Origin: Ostreococcus lucimarinus
Lineage: Eukaryota
NCBI GenBank assembly: GCA_000092065.1
Contig: CP000590.1
DNA: 64,000 bases
Direction: 5' to 3' (one strand)
The notes below the pieces were generated by a model that was given only the letters and a program-made list of their open reading frames with translations, was not told the DNA's origin and did not search any database. Each line of letters begins with the position of its first letter. The first letter of the stretch is position 1. This document shows, one piece after another, positions 20,322 through 31,227 of the stretch. Position numbers and translations under genes: made by a program.

Positions 20322-23300
20322 TCACTTGCGGGGTGATGCGACTCGATTGGCCCATTTGGGCGTCGAAGCCGGCGCGGGGGCGTCGGTCGCGCGCTCGGCG
20401 TCGTCGTGACTGATGAACGCGCCGTGCACCTGTTTCGCCTCTGGGAATAACGCCGTGTATTCCGGATTGTCCTGCACGCGGTAACTCGGCAAACCAGAGA
20501 GTGAAGTTTCATGATCACCATCCTTTAACATGTTGTCTCGAGCTTCAGAGAAGTTGCTGAATTGCACGTCAGCCTTCCATTCGCTCGCTCCCAAGCCTTT
20601 ACAGCCGAGCAAGTAGAGCGCCGTATTACCGACGCTCGAGAAGAAGGCTTTGATGAGCAAGTAGATAAAGTACGCCATGAGTGGGATCAATTGGATCAAT
20701 CCATTGACGCGATAGAATCGCTCTTTGAAGTCGAGCTGTTCGTACTTGGTCATATTCGCTCTAACGGTCCAGAAATCGGAGTCGCGTTGGTCGTAAATTT
20801 CCTCGGCCCACCCGTCCAACCCAGTGAGAAAGTAGGACGGTATGTCCCACTGAGAGAACGCCCAAGATGAGAAGGCGAAGTGCGCCAAGCACGCCAGCGG
20901 GGCGTACGACATAAACTGTCTCGCCAACTTGTGATCATACAGCGAAGGGTAGCGCGAGTGACGTAAAATCATCGTCTTGTCGCTCCAGTACGCCAAGAAG
21001 CAATAGAACGCCGCCACCGGAACGAGCACTGGAGCGGCCGCGAAGAGAACGATTGCGGTAAATATCACCGTCATACACTGACCGTAACGTTCAGCGAGCG
21101 TAAATTTTGGTCGTTGATAAAGACGATTCAAGTTGTACTGCGTGGTGCACCATCGCGCCGTCCAATAACGCCAGAGTTGCGTGAGCCACATTTGCACAAG
21201 ACGCGACGGTCCAAACCACGAGGCGTTGATGAATGTAGTAATCATGAGCGATCTCATCACGAGCGCGTACCAGTCCAACGTCACGTCTTCGTAGCTTCCT
21301 CTGAACAAGATTGGGAAGCCTGAGAAACCCTTGATTTCGATGTTAACGAGTAACGGAAGAATCAGGGCGTTCGTGATGAGGGTGAAGAACGCAAAACGAC
21401 TCGTCGTTCTTTCCGTGGCAGATACAGTCTTGTGGCGCTCGAAGAGCGCAAACTTTCCCGACGTCCACAACAAGAGCATAGACGTCAATGCGACGACGGA
21501 CAGCCGACCGACTTCGAAACCAAAGATTAGTAGTTGATCGTAAAAGTAGTCTTTGCAGATGGTTGTCACGCGTCCCGACCGTATCGCGCTCTCACACATG
21601 CAGTCATAACAAATTTTCGCCGCACACTCATCGGCCTTCGTAGAGGCGTCCATGCCTCCATTCCATACTCCACCAGAATATCCATAAGCGTTAGCGCTAG
21701 AGACGCTTAATGAAGAGTACGCGCCCACGGCTTCGTAATATGGCGAGTATTGCGTCATGTCATACGACCACATTGCCGACTCGATGAATGGGTTGCAGTC
21801 TGAGCTCTCGACTTGTTTTCGGAAGTTGACGTTCGAAATCAATCCCAAATCGGTTTCGAGACTGTTTTCGTTGATGTTCCAGATCGCAGGGCAGTACATG
21901 TTATCAGAAGCCCCCGAGGCGAACAAGTCGCCACAGTTGACGAGTAATCGCCCGCCGGATTTTACCCAGTCGGTGGCAAAAACGACAAGGATAATGTTGC
22001 CGATGAGAAGACCAAGGATAGCAATCGTTGTAATCGCCCGTCGTACGAAGTATTGTTTCCAACCCACGTTAGCCATATTTTCCCACATGATATCAGAGGC
22101 TTCCACGGCTTGGGTAACCCGCAAGTAGTGAAATGCGTCGCCCTTGCCGTCTTCGCGAGGGTGGACGCGAAATCTCGTTCGCTTACTTCTGAAAAAATTA
22201 AAGTACGGAGCGTACTCGTCCAGACATGTCATTTTGTCCGACTCTTGTTCAAACGTGATGAAAGCGTAAACGATGTTAAAAGGCTCGAGCATACGCTGCT
22301 CGATTTTTTCCTTCAAGGCGTTCATCTTATCGCGTGCTTTGTAAAATTGTTTCCATTTGCGTTTGAAGGCGTAGTTTGCGTTGTAATCCTCGCCGCGCTT
22401 CTTCAGCGTGTGACGGATCGCGCTCAGTTCAGATTTCAGCTGTTCTGCACGTTTAAATAAGCGCGCACGATGTATTCGCGCGCGTAAAACTGCACCATAC
22501 GAACGAGCTATGACGACATCTGCCACGGGTCCGAATTCTTCAAAGTGCTCGCGCACTTCGTCCTCCGTCGCGTCTACTGGCAAGCCGGTCACTTGGAGCG
22601 AATAGTCCGCCAAAGTGAGTAAAGCTTCATCAACGCGGACGACAAAGCTTCGAATACGTCTGGATAAAATCGCCGTTATGAGCATGAACATCAAAACCAT
22701 GCAAACGTCCAAGCACGAGAGAACAGCCATGATGGTACGAATATCTATACCATACGCCGAAGCATAAACGCCCGCCGCCGTGACACCGAGTGTCGTCGTT
22801 ATTTCCGGCTCTACCTCGACGCTACTACTTTTATTGGCGATATACACATAGTGCGAGAGCGCGACAGACGCGAGCATTGTGATGTAGACAAACGTTTTAC
22901 CCAACGTCTTCAACTGAGCGAACCACAAGCTGATACCCGGGCCGAGAACGTCGAGATCGTCGCTCGTCGATTTCCACAAAGGAAGCTGGTTGCCCTCTTT
23001 GTCTAAAACCGCAGACTCAAGATTCTCCAATCGCGCGATGTGTCGGCGCGGTGCTTTGTACGCCGGGAGCTTTTCGCTCATGACAGCTTTGTAGTACGAG
23101 TCTTCCACGACTTGCTGCATCGGCTTATCCTCTGCGTGCGCGGTCTTCACCAGCACACCGGTCGGGCCCGTCGGCGCATTCATCGAATTGATTCGACTCT
23201 TCATTTTAGTAATCACTGTCGGAGCGCCATTCACAAACGTGCTGACATCACCGGCGTCTTCGTCGTCGGCGGCGCCGAGCGCCTCGTCCAACCGAAGCCT

Positions 23301-23846
23301 CCCCGCCTCTCGCGCCTCGACGTCAGCGCCCTCCTCGAGTTCTCGCACCCGTCGTCGCAGCGTCGCCGTCCACGTGTACGCCGGTACCGCCGCATCCTCT
23401 TCTTTTCGCTTCATTCGAAACCCTTCGTCTTCGTCCTCGTCTTCGTCGTCGCTCGCGTTCGCTTCCTCGCGTTGGCGTTCTCTCGCGAGCGTTTCAATCC
23501 TGTCTGATTTCATTTTCGCGTCCGCGTCCGCGCGCACGGCGTCCTCGTTCAATTTCGTCGCCATCGTATCGCGTCGCGAAAGTGTTCGAGCAATCGCGGG
23601 CGCGGGTTCGGGGTCGTTCGTCCGGGCGTCCGCGTCGCCGCCGCCGCGCGACACCGCGCGCGAAATTGAACGAAGAAGTCCAAGTCCAAGGTCTCCCAAA
23701 GCGGCGATGCCGCGGTCGATCGGGGCATCGGACGCGCGCGATGGATCGGGTTGCGCCGACGCCATCGCTGCCGTCGCGCGCGCGCGCGCGCGATCGAACA
23801 CGGCGCGAAGTGCGGCGGCGCGTCGCGCGTAGACGCGCAAACGCAA
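20322..23846 (-). CDS. OSCA/TMEM63/CSC1-like stress-gated cation channel (RSN1_7TM) with a long N-terminal extension and a Cys-rich extracytosolic loop insertion.
   Basis: The first TMs are followed by the cytosolic RRM-like PHM7_cyt domain (LQVTGLPVDATEDEVREHFEEFGPV) and then the multi-pass C-terminal RSN1_7TM region. A ~150-aa loop has 10 Cys (CGDLFASG...CYDCMCES...TICKDY). The true start is uncertain (N-terminal ~100 aa Arg/Ala-rich). Confidence 0.8.
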   Translation of the reverse strand: MRLRVYARRAAALRAVFDRARARATAAMASAQPDPSRASDAPIDRGIAALGDLGLGLLRSISRAVSRGGGDADARTNDPEPAPAIARTLSRRDTMATKLNEDAVRADADAKMKSDRIETLARERQREEANASDDEDEDEDEGFRMKRKEEDAAVPAYTWTATLRRRVRELEEGADVEAREAGRLRLDEALGAADDEDAGDVSTFVNGAPTVITKMKSRINSMNAPTGPTGVLVKTAHAEDKPMQQVVEDSYYKAVMSEKLPAYKAPRRHIARLENLESAVLDKEGNQLPLWKSTSDDLDVLGPGISLWFAQLKTLGKTFVYITMLASVALSHYVYIANKSSSVEVEPEITTTLGVTAAGVYASAYGIDIRTIMAVLSCLDVCMVLMFMLITAILSRRIRSFVVRVDEALLTLADYSLQVTGLPVDATEDEVREHFEEFGPVADVVIARSYGAVLRARIHRARLFKRAEQLKSELSAIRHTLKKRGEDYNANYAFKRKWKQFYKARDKMNALKEKIEQRMLEPFNIVYAFITFEQESDKMTCLDEYAPYFNFFRSKRTRFRVHPREDGKGDAFHYLRVTQAVEASDIMWENMANVGWKQYFVRRAITTIAILGLLIGNIILVVFATDWVKSGGRLLVNCGDLFASGASDNMYCPAIWNINENSLETDLGLISNVNFRKQVESSDCNPFIESAMWSYDMTQYSPYYEAVGAYSSLSVSSANAYGYSGGVWNGGMDASTKADECAAKICYDCMCESAIRSGRVTTICKDYFYDQLLIFGFEVGRLSVVALTSMLLLWTSGKFALFERHKTVSATERTTSRFAFFTLITNALILPLLVNIEIKGFSGFPILFRGSYEDVTLDWYALVMRSLMITTFINASWFGPSRLVQMWLTQLWRYWTARWCTTQYNLNRLYQRPKFTLAERYGQCMTVIFTAIVLFAAAPVLVPVAAFYCFLAYWSDKTMILRHSRYPSLYDHKLARQFMSYAPLACLAHFAFSSWAFSQWDIPSYFLTGLDGWAEEIYDQRDSDFWTVRANMTKYEQLDFKERFYRVNGLIQLIPLMAYFIYLLIKAFFSSVGNTALYLLGCKGLGASEWKADVQFSNFSEARDNMLKDGDHETSLSGLPSYRVQDNPEYTALFPEAKQVHGAFISHDDAERATDAPAPASTPKWANRVASPRK

Positions 23847-23943
23847 AAGTTTGCGGTTCGGCGCCTCGCGCGAGCTCGATGAGGTTTTCGTTTCGGTTTG
23901 GAGAAGAAAATATTACAACGCGAGAGCGTGCGATGGAGTACGA

Positions 23944-24978
23944 TCACGCGGATAGTTTGGCGTCGCGCTCTTCGTGTTCCCACGGGGCGTCGCCGACTTG
24001 GTAGCCCCCTGCGCGGAAGCTTCGCAAGTAGTCCAACACGTAGCCGTTTTCGATGTTGTTCGGCTCAATGCCGAGATCGGAAAAACCGAGGCTGTCGGCC
24101 CGCTTGACGTAATCTCGGCTTTGAGCGTCGATGTACGATCGCGTCAAGCCCAACGGGGTGGGCATGGGGAACGGTACGCGTCGCAAAAGCCACTCGTGCG
24201 GACACGAGAGCGCCTTCATGATGAAACTCGGGATGTACGCCGTCGACTTGCGCGTGCGAATGGTTTTAAGAACCATCTTCGCAAGTTCGTCAAAAGTATA
24301 CACCTTATTCCCCGCGAGCTCGTACGTTCGCCCGCTCGTCAACTCGTCGTGGACGATTTGACGAATCGCCACCGCGACGTCATCCACGAACACGGGTTGG
24401 TGCTTGGTGTCGCCGCCATCGATGATAGGCACCGCTGGATACTTGCGCGAATGCTCGCCGAAAATGTTCAAGAATCTATCTTCGACGCCCACTATTTTGG
24501 CCGGCCGCACTATCGTAGCTGAAGGGAACGCCTCCCGCACCGCCGCCTCGCCGGCGGCTTTTGATCTGTAATACGCACTCGGGTGGTCTTCCTCGGCCCC
24601 CAAAGCGCTCACGTGAACCAGTCTACGCACGCCCACGTCGGCGCAAATCTCCGCCAATTTCTTTGGAAACGTCACGTTGACGTCTTCGAACGAAAAGTTA
24701 CGCGTCTCCCACTCTCGACCCACCATGTTGATGACGACGTTGCTCCGCTCTACGGCGTATCGAATCGTCTCCTCGTCTCTGATCCCGTAATCCAACTGCA
24801 CAATCTGCCCGAGGTCTCCCATCACTTTGAGATGTTGACGATCATTCTCCGAGCATCGCGTGGGTAGAATCATGCGCGACCCGCTCTTGGCGACGTGATG
24901 GACGACGTATCGTCCCAAAAAACCCGTCGAGCCGAAAACCGTGCACGTGATCCCGCTGTTCGTCATCAAAAATCCCAT
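23944..24978 (-). CDS. NDUFA9: NADH dehydrogenase (ubiquinone) 1 alpha subcomplex subunit 9 (complex I 39-kDa subunit).
   Basis: There is colinear similarity to NDUFA9 throughout (TVFGSTGFLGRYVV, MGDLGQIV, NVVINMVGREWETRNFSFEDV, HVSALGA, RPAKIVGVEDRFLN). No mitochondrial presequence lies in this ORF and an in-frame stop sits 2 codons upstream. A short upstream exon may be missing. Confidence 0.85.
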   Translation of the reverse strand: MGFLMTNSGITCTVFGSTGFLGRYVVHHVAKSGSRMILPTRCSENDRQHLKVMGDLGQIVQLDYGIRDEETIRYAVERSNVVINMVGREWETRNFSFEDVNVTFPKKLAEICADVGVRRLVHVSALGAEEDHPSAYYRSKAAGEAAVREAFPSATIVRPAKIVGVEDRFLNIFGEHSRKYPAVPIIDGGDTKHQPVFVDDVAVAIRQIVHDELTSGRTYELAGNKVYTFDELAKMVLKTIRTRKSTAYIPSFIMKALSCPHEWLLRRVPFPMPTPLGLTRSYIDAQSRDYVKRADSLGFSDLGIEPNNIENGYVLDYLRSFRAGGYQVGDAPWEHEERDAKLSA

Positions 24979-25615
24979 TCGTCAGTCTCTCTGCTCGTCG
25001 GCGTCCACCGGCGACGACTCGCACGAGCGTCGTGCACCGACTCTCGACGCGATTTCCACGCCGGCGCGCCTTTGCGTCGCCGCGTCGCGTCGTCGCCGCT
25101 TTACTCGCGTCCTCAAACCTATCGCCCCGCGCTCGCTCGCGTCCAGTCCACCCGCGTTCGCTCGTCGCGCGCGATCGCGCGTCGCGTCGCGTCACCGATC
25201 GCTCGCGCGCACCTGAACGACGACCGTCCGCCCGTGCCGACCGCGTCGCTCGTCACGCTCGGCGGTGGAACTTTGAAATCTTTGCCCGGTTTGATGCTCA
25301 TCGCGCGCGCGCTCGCGAAGAGCGCGGGGAGCGCCTGCGTGGACGCGCGCGCGTCGGTGACTCGCCACCGCGCGGCGGCGGACGTCGCCAAGCGTCGAGC
25401 GAGCGCGCGCGACATCTCGCGATGGTAGCAGTCGCGCTCTGCCGATGAGAGGCGATCAGCTGGGGTTGCGCGCGCCGACGAGCGGCGGCGAAACGCGACG
25501 CGACGAACGCGACGCGCGCGACGCGACGACGAGCCGCGAACGATGAAAAAATGAGACCTTGGTAGAATTACAACGCGAACGCGCGCGTCTCTCGACGTCG
25601 ACGACGCGGGCGAAG

Positions 25616-26143
25616 TCATCGACATTTGACGACCAACGCGAGCGACCGCGAGACAGCCGCCGCGAACGCCGCTCGATCCTCCTCGGGCAACGAAACCAAT
25701 CTTTGATCTAAAACCGCCGCCAGCAACTCGCACGCGTTCGTGGCGACGCGCACGAGCGCGAGCTCGGGCGAGGTCGCCGCGCTCGCGCTCGCGGTCGCGT
25801 CGGAACCGCCGCTCGCGTTCGCGCTCGCGCCGTACCGCTCCGCGTCCGCCGCCCTTCGCTTCGCGCGTTCGTCCCAATCGATCGGCAGCCGTTTCTGCGT
25901 CGATTTCGCCTCGTCGTGCGACTTCTTTCCCGGCGGCGCCGGCGCCTGCGCGCGCCTTTCCGCGTCTATCTTCGACATCCAATAGGCCTCAACCTCTTCG
26001 CTCGTCTTGTACGACGCGTCGCCCTCGTCGCTCGCGCCGTACGCGCCTCGCGCGCTGAAGCTCGCGGTGGCCACTCTGCCCGGGTCGCTCACCGCGTTCG
26101 TGCGCTCGTTCCAGCCGTACGGCAACCCGGTGGCGGGATCCAT
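25616..26143 (-). CDS. Hypothetical protein (175 aa) with a WW-like LPYGWNE N-terminus and an Ala-rich C-terminus.
   Basis: ORF only. Composition is moderately protein-like in the N-terminal half. It could be an exon of a larger gene or spurious. Confidence 0.25.
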   Translation of the reverse strand: MDPATGLPYGWNERTNAVSDPGRVATASFSARGAYGASDEGDASYKTSEEVEAYWMSKIDAERRAQAPAPPGKKSHDEAKSTQKRLPIDWDERAKRRAADAERYGASANASGGSDATASASAATSPELALVRVATNACELLAAVLDQRLVSLPEEDRAAFAAAVSRSLALVVKCR

Positions 26144-26347
26144 CGCGTCGCGGCGTCGCGAATTGACGCCCGACGAGTCGTACGCACTTCGCGACGACCG
26201 ACGCGCCCTGGCGCGAAGACGCGCGACGCGAGCGTCGACCGCGCGCTCGATCGTCTCTTAGCGCTCGATCGCGGACGCGCGGGCGCGACGACGCGCGGGC
26301 GCGACGGAATCGAGACGCAATCGAGACGCAATCGAGACGCAATCGCC

Positions 26348-28165
26348 ATGAGCGCGCGCGGTGATCGCGGACGAGGCGCGCGCGACGACGACGCGGACGA
26401 GGCGGGGATCGATCGCGCGCGCACGCCGCAGAGCGCGCATCGCGCGGACGCGAACGGTGATCCGCACGCGCAGACGCCGACGATGCAGAATCAACACGGC
26501 GAGGCGTACCCGACGCGGTTTCAGTGGACGTACGCGGGCGCGAATAACGTGCACCTGTGCGGATCGTTCACGAATTGGTTGGAGACGGTGCCCATGGCGT
26601 GCGAGACGCACGGTGATGGGAATCGCGTGTTCACGGTGATGTGCGATCTGCCGCCGGGGTATCATCAGTATAAATTCATCGTGGACGGACAGTGGCGACA
26701 CGACGAAAATCAGGCGTTTATTCAGGACCCGCTGGGGAACGTGAATAATTGGTTGTACGTGAAACCGGCGGGGGGGGCGACGCCGCCGATGTCGAGCGCG
26801 CCGAGAACGGCGGAGATGGCGCCGAGAAGTGCGCCGGTGCCCGTGCCGGGGGCGATGATGAATCGATCGGCGATGAGCACGGAGAGCGGCGGGATGGACT
26901 GGGTGCGAGAGGCGGGCGGCATCGCGGGGGGGAGGGGAGAGACCGCGGCGCGCGCGGGATCCGTCAAGTCGAGGCGCACGAGCATGGACACGCAAAGCGC
27001 GCAGCGAGCGATGTCGGACGCCGACGCGGGGGCGGAGAGCGCGCAGAGCGGGGAGGCGGACACGAGCGGGGCGCGCGTGATGGAATTTTTGCAAAAGCAC
27101 ACTGCGTACGAGCTAATTCCGGAATCGAACAAGGTCGTGGTTTTAGACACGAAGCTTCCCATTCGTCAGGCATTTCACGCGTTTTACGAACAGGGCATCT
27201 ACGCCGCGCCACTGTGGGATGAGGACGCGCGCGATTTCATCGGATTGTTGAGCGCGGGCGACTTCATCGACATCATGCGTCGGTTAACCGCGACGCTGGC
27301 CGATCGCGAGGACTTGAGCGATGCAGATTTGGATCAGTACACGATTCAGCTCATTCGAGAGGAGTACGCAAAAGAGGATATTCAAGCGAAACCGCTCATT
27401 TGCGTGAAGCCGGAGGATTCGTTGTATCACGTAGCGTTAACCATGACCGAGGCCGGTGTGCACAACGTTCCAGTGCTGTCGCACGGCTCGGTGTGCCCGG
27501 CGGGTGGGTCGGCGGCCACGTCCACGACGACTGGCTCGCCGCAGTTATTGCATATGACCAATCTCGCAGAGGTCTTGGCGTGCTTAAACAGACATTTTAG
27601 AGGTATTCCGAGCGCGCTGCCGCTCTTTTCGCAACCCATCGGGGCGTTGCCGATCGGCACGTGGACCGAGCGCTACGGCGGCTCTCGCTCGAAGCCGATT
27701 CCGCCATTACCAGAAGGCGTCCAAGAGAGTTACTTAGTACGTGAGCTCTATCCCATACGCGCGGTCACCCCAGACGCGTCGATCGAGCAAGTTTTCGATG
27801 TCTTACACGGGATATCCGCGTTGCCCATCGTCAACGAGCACGGCGTGTTGATGGATCTTTACGCTCGCGGCGATGTCATCCGTCTGGCCGCCAACAGCGC
27901 GTACCGCGCCTCAATCAAGGATATGTGTGTCGCTCAAGCTCTCGGCGCGACTCGTCCGACTGCTCTGAACGAGCAAAACGATCCGTCTTCGACGCACTAC
28001 GGCCGTTTCAGCACGTGCGTTCGCGGCGACACCCTGCGCACCGCGCTCGAGATGTTATCACTCCCCAACATCCGTCGCTTGATCGTCGTCGATCCAACGA
28101 CCAAAGTTGTCGAGGGCGTCGTTTCTTTATCCGACGTGTTTAGTTTCTTGATCGAAAACGCGTGA
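26348..28165 (+). CDS. Plant-type SnRK1/AMPK beta-gamma subunit: an N-terminal glycogen-binding CBM48/KIS domain fused to four CBS domains.
   Basis: CBM48: WTYAGANNVHLCGSFTNW...YKFIVDGQWRHDENQAFIQDPLGNVNNW. CBS pairs: VLDTKLPIRQAFHAFYEQGIYAAPLWDE.., VPVLSHGS.., ALPIVNEHGVLMDLYARGDVIRL.., RRLIVVDPTTKVVEGVVSLSDV. Start is ATG 26348 (MSARGD) or 26483 (MQNQHGEAY). Confidence 0.8.
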   Translation: MSARGDRGRGARDDDADEAGIDRARTPQSAHRADANGDPHAQTPTMQNQHGEAYPTRFQWTYAGANNVHLCGSFTNWLETVPMACETHGDGNRVFTVMCDLPPGYHQYKFIVDGQWRHDENQAFIQDPLGNVNNWLYVKPAGGATPPMSSAPRTAEMAPRSAPVPVPGAMMNRSAMSTESGGMDWVREAGGIAGGRGETAARAGSVKSRRTSMDTQSAQRAMSDADAGAESAQSGEADTSGARVMEFLQKHTAYELIPESNKVVVLDTKLPIRQAFHAFYEQGIYAAPLWDEDARDFIGLLSAGDFIDIMRRLTATLADREDLSDADLDQYTIQLIREEYAKEDIQAKPLICVKPEDSLYHVALTMTEAGVHNVPVLSHGSVCPAGGSAATSTTTGSPQLLHMTNLAEVLACLNRHFRGIPSALPLFSQPIGALPIGTWTERYGGSRSKPIPPLPEGVQESYLVRELYPIRAVTPDASIEQVFDVLHGISALPIVNEHGVLMDLYARGDVIRLAANSAYRASIKDMCVAQALGATRPTALNEQNDPSSTHYGRFSTCVRGDTLRTALEMLSLPNIRRLIVVDPTTKVVEGVVSLSDVFSFLIENA

Positions 28166-28265
28166 GCGTCGCCGCCGTTTAATATCAAGTTCTGTACCAA
28201 ACCACTCCGTCGTCGCGCCGCGCCGTCGACCGCGCACGTCACACGCGCGCGCGCGTCACGCCACC

Positions 28266-31130
28266 ATGTCCGAGCCCACGTTCGGAGCGCTGCGTCGTGA
28301 CGTCCTCCTGACCTCGTTCAGCCGCCCCGCGGACGCACGCGCGCGCGACGGCGCCGCCGCCGCCGCCGCGGATGCGCCGTCAACCGCGCCGACATCCTGC
28401 GTCGCCCTCGCGCGTGCGCTGCGTCGAGGCGCCTACGACGACGTCCTGCGGTCGCCCACCGTCCTCGCCGCGCTCGGCGTCGACGCGAACGACGCGCGGG
28501 AAGACGCGCGCGCGCATTACGAAGCGCTGGGCGCCGCGGCGCGAGACGCGCGGGACGACGAAGGCGCGTTCGCCGTCGCGTGCGCGGGCGTCGCGGCGCT
28601 GTACGCGTTCGTGCGAGCGACAGTGACCGGACCGAGGATTGGAAATGCGCGAGCGACGCCTTTTCTGGACGCGACGGCGCGCGAGGCGAGGGACGAGGCG
28701 TGGGACGCGTACGCGCGAGAGCGGCTGTCGCTCGACGGGGAGGATTTAGTGGGGAGGTGCGATATGCCGCAGTATTTGTACCTGGCGCGCGTGCTTTTGC
28801 TCGATCGGTTCGCAACGTCGTTGGCGTGGCTGCAAACGTTAGACGTGCCGGCGTTGACCCTGAAGGACGCGCGCGCGGCGGTGCCCGTGGGCGCGGTGGC
28901 GAAGCGGACGTCGCACGACGCGATGTGCGCGTGGTTCGCGGCGCGCGTTGCCATCACGCAGCAGCGAGCGTTGGCGGGGCAGTCGCCGACGTTGCGTGGG
29001 GAATTATTGGGATTACATGCGTATAATTTAGCGACATTTGCGCCGGTGAGAGTGGAAGGGCAGACACCGCACCGCGAGGACGTCGTCTTCGAGGCGATGG
29101 CTCGCCTGGAGGCGTCGTTGATGGAACACCAATACGGACACGTCGACAGCGCTTATGTTTTGCAGCGCGGTGCGGCGGCGGCGTTCGGTTTGAAGCATGA
29201 GATCGGTGGTGTTTTAGGTTACCGAACGATTCATCAGCAAGATGCCAAGTCCCAGCTCGTGCTCAACGTTGAATTAGATTCGATGGATTGGGGCGAGAGC
29301 GACGACGAAGACGAGGACGAAGATGAGGGCGAGCTAGACGATTTAGAGCTCGAGGGACGTTCGCAGGCTATGGCACGCATCGCCACAGAATTGACGGGTT
29401 TAAGCGAAGACGGCAGTCAGATTCTTACGAGACCTCGTTTGATGGAAGGCATGCCACCGCCGGCGCAAATGCCCTCCGCGGCGCAAGCGATCCTCATCGC
29501 CGCGGCTATTACGGTTCGTAAAAAGCAAGCCGACGATGGGTTGAGAAGTTACGAAATGGCACCGTACACCGAATTTGTAGGTGCGCAGCAAAAGTCACAA
29601 CCAATTCTTCGTGCCGCGACGACGGTCTTGACGTCGAGATATGAACGCGATCGCGCGCGTACCCGCGAAAGATCGCTATTAGTGCTCGAAGACTTGGTAC
29701 AGACGCTCGAGCGTTCGCACCCGAAGGTGTCGTCTCGCATGCGCTTCGTATTTTCTACGTGGTTCCCTCCCGCGATGACGCTGAAGAAAGAACTCGGCGA
29801 GCAGCTCGTGAGCATCGGTATGGTTGGCGCAGCGCTCGAACTGTTTGAGGAGGTCGAGCTGTGGGATTCGCTCATCGTTTGCTTGAGTTTATTGGGCAAG
29901 AAACAACAAGCGGCCGACCTAGTGCGACGGCGCTTGCAGGCAGATGATACCAATCCTAAACTTTGGTGCGCGCTCGGTGACGCTCTCGATGACGAACAAT
30001 ACTACTGGAAAGCTTGGGAAGTGAGCGGCGAGCGCAACGCCAGGGCGAAGCGGTCTCTGGCGCGCCGCGCCGCGGCGAGAGAGGATTGGGCTAATGCCGC
30101 AGAGCACTGGATGGATGCGCTTAAAATTAACCCATTGTTTCCAGACGGATGGTTTTCCGGTGGATACGCGTGCTTGAAATGCGATCGAACCGACGACGCG
30201 CTCGCGGCTTTCGTGCGATGCACGCAAATAGACGTTGAAAACGGGCAGGCGTGGAACAACGTCGCGGCGCTAAGCATTCGTCTCGGACGGTTCACCGCGG
30301 CGCACACGGCTTTGTGCGAAGCGATCAAGCATCAACGCACAAGCTGGCACACCTGGGAAAATCACGCGATGGTATGCGCCAAGGTCGGGAAGTTCGCGAC
30401 GAGCGCTTTGGCGTTGCTCAAGGTGCTCGAACTCACGCAGGGCGCACGCGTGCACGTGGAGACCGTTCAGACTTTGCTTGAACGCGTGAGGGAAGCGCGA
30501 GCCGATCCGACGGGAGCGAAGTGGATTCAAGACGCCGCAAGCTGGGAACAAGAAGATGCCGCTGTCGAGGACGAAGAAGAGGAGTCGTGGGCAGATATGA
30601 AAATGGGCGACCTCGCAGCGGACATGCTTGCGGCGTTCTCTGGCATCGATTTGCCAACGATTTCTTACGCGGCGAAAACCGAATCTGCGCACCCTTCTGG
30701 CATGCCTCGCGTTGCCTTACAACTCGAAGCCGCGCTGGAGCAAGTTCTCGTTCGATCTGCAACCGGCGGTAGCGGTGGCGAGCGTAAAGTTCAAGAGACA
30801 TCGCAAATTTGGGCCATGCTCGGCGAGTACAAATCCATCCTTGGAGAGTACGAAGAAGCGACGGATGCCCGATTGAAGAGCGTTCGCGCGCTGGATTCTT
30901 CGGGATGGCGTAAAGACTTCGATTCGTACGAAGACTACGCCGCGGTGACAAAAGTCATGGTTGAAGGCGTTTTGAACGACATCGAAGCCGGTAGAGGCGG
31001 AAGCGCGGACAGTCTCAGGCTTCACGTCAAGAGTGTCGTCAAGGTTGGCGAAAAGCAAGGCTTCGAGGAATCAGACGCGTACGCGCAGATGTCTTCATTG
31101 CTCGAGAAAGTGAATGCATTATCTAGTTAG
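28266..31130 (+). CDS. TTC27: TTC27-like tetratricopeptide repeat protein.
   Basis: The C-terminal third aligns with TTC27 (LWCALGDALDDEQYYWKAWEVSGERNARAKRSLARRA.., INPLFPDGWFSGGYACLK.., ENGQAWNNVAALSIRL.., HTWENHAMVCAKVGKF). ATG in Kozak-like context CCACCATGTC. Confidence 0.8.
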   Translation: MSEPTFGALRRDVLLTSFSRPADARARDGAAAAAADAPSTAPTSCVALARALRRGAYDDVLRSPTVLAALGVDANDAREDARAHYEALGAAARDARDDEGAFAVACAGVAALYAFVRATVTGPRIGNARATPFLDATAREARDEAWDAYARERLSLDGEDLVGRCDMPQYLYLARVLLLDRFATSLAWLQTLDVPALTLKDARAAVPVGAVAKRTSHDAMCAWFAARVAITQQRALAGQSPTLRGELLGLHAYNLATFAPVRVEGQTPHREDVVFEAMARLEASLMEHQYGHVDSAYVLQRGAAAAFGLKHEIGGVLGYRTIHQQDAKSQLVLNVELDSMDWGESDDEDEDEDEGELDDLELEGRSQAMARIATELTGLSEDGSQILTRPRLMEGMPPPAQMPSAAQAILIAAAITVRKKQADDGLRSYEMAPYTEFVGAQQKSQPILRAATTVLTSRYERDRARTRERSLLVLEDLVQTLERSHPKVSSRMRFVFSTWFPPAMTLKKELGEQLVSIGMVGAALELFEEVELWDSLIVCLSLLGKKQQAADLVRRRLQADDTNPKLWCALGDALDDEQYYWKAWEVSGERNARAKRSLARRAAAREDWANAAEHWMDALKINPLFPDGWFSGGYACLKCDRTDDALAAFVRCTQIDVENGQAWNNVAALSIRLGRFTAAHTALCEAIKHQRTSWHTWENHAMVCAKVGKFATSALALLKVLELTQGARVHVETVQTLLERVREARADPTGAKWIQDAASWEQEDAAVEDEEEESWADMKMGDLAADMLAAFSGIDLPTISYAAKTESAHPSGMPRVALQLEAALEQVLVRSATGGSGGERKVQETSQIWAMLGEYKSILGEYEEATDARLKSVRALDSSGWRKDFDSYEDYAAVTKVMVEGVLNDIEAGRGGSADSLRLHVKSVVKVGEKQGFEESDAYAQMSSLLEKVNALSS

Positions 31131-31227
31131 CCCTTTGTAGTACAGTAGGATCGGGAAGCACTCTTACATTGTCTACTCTCGCGAAGTACCGTCGTGTGTT
31201 TCGCGTCTCAAAAAGCATTTCACGGCG

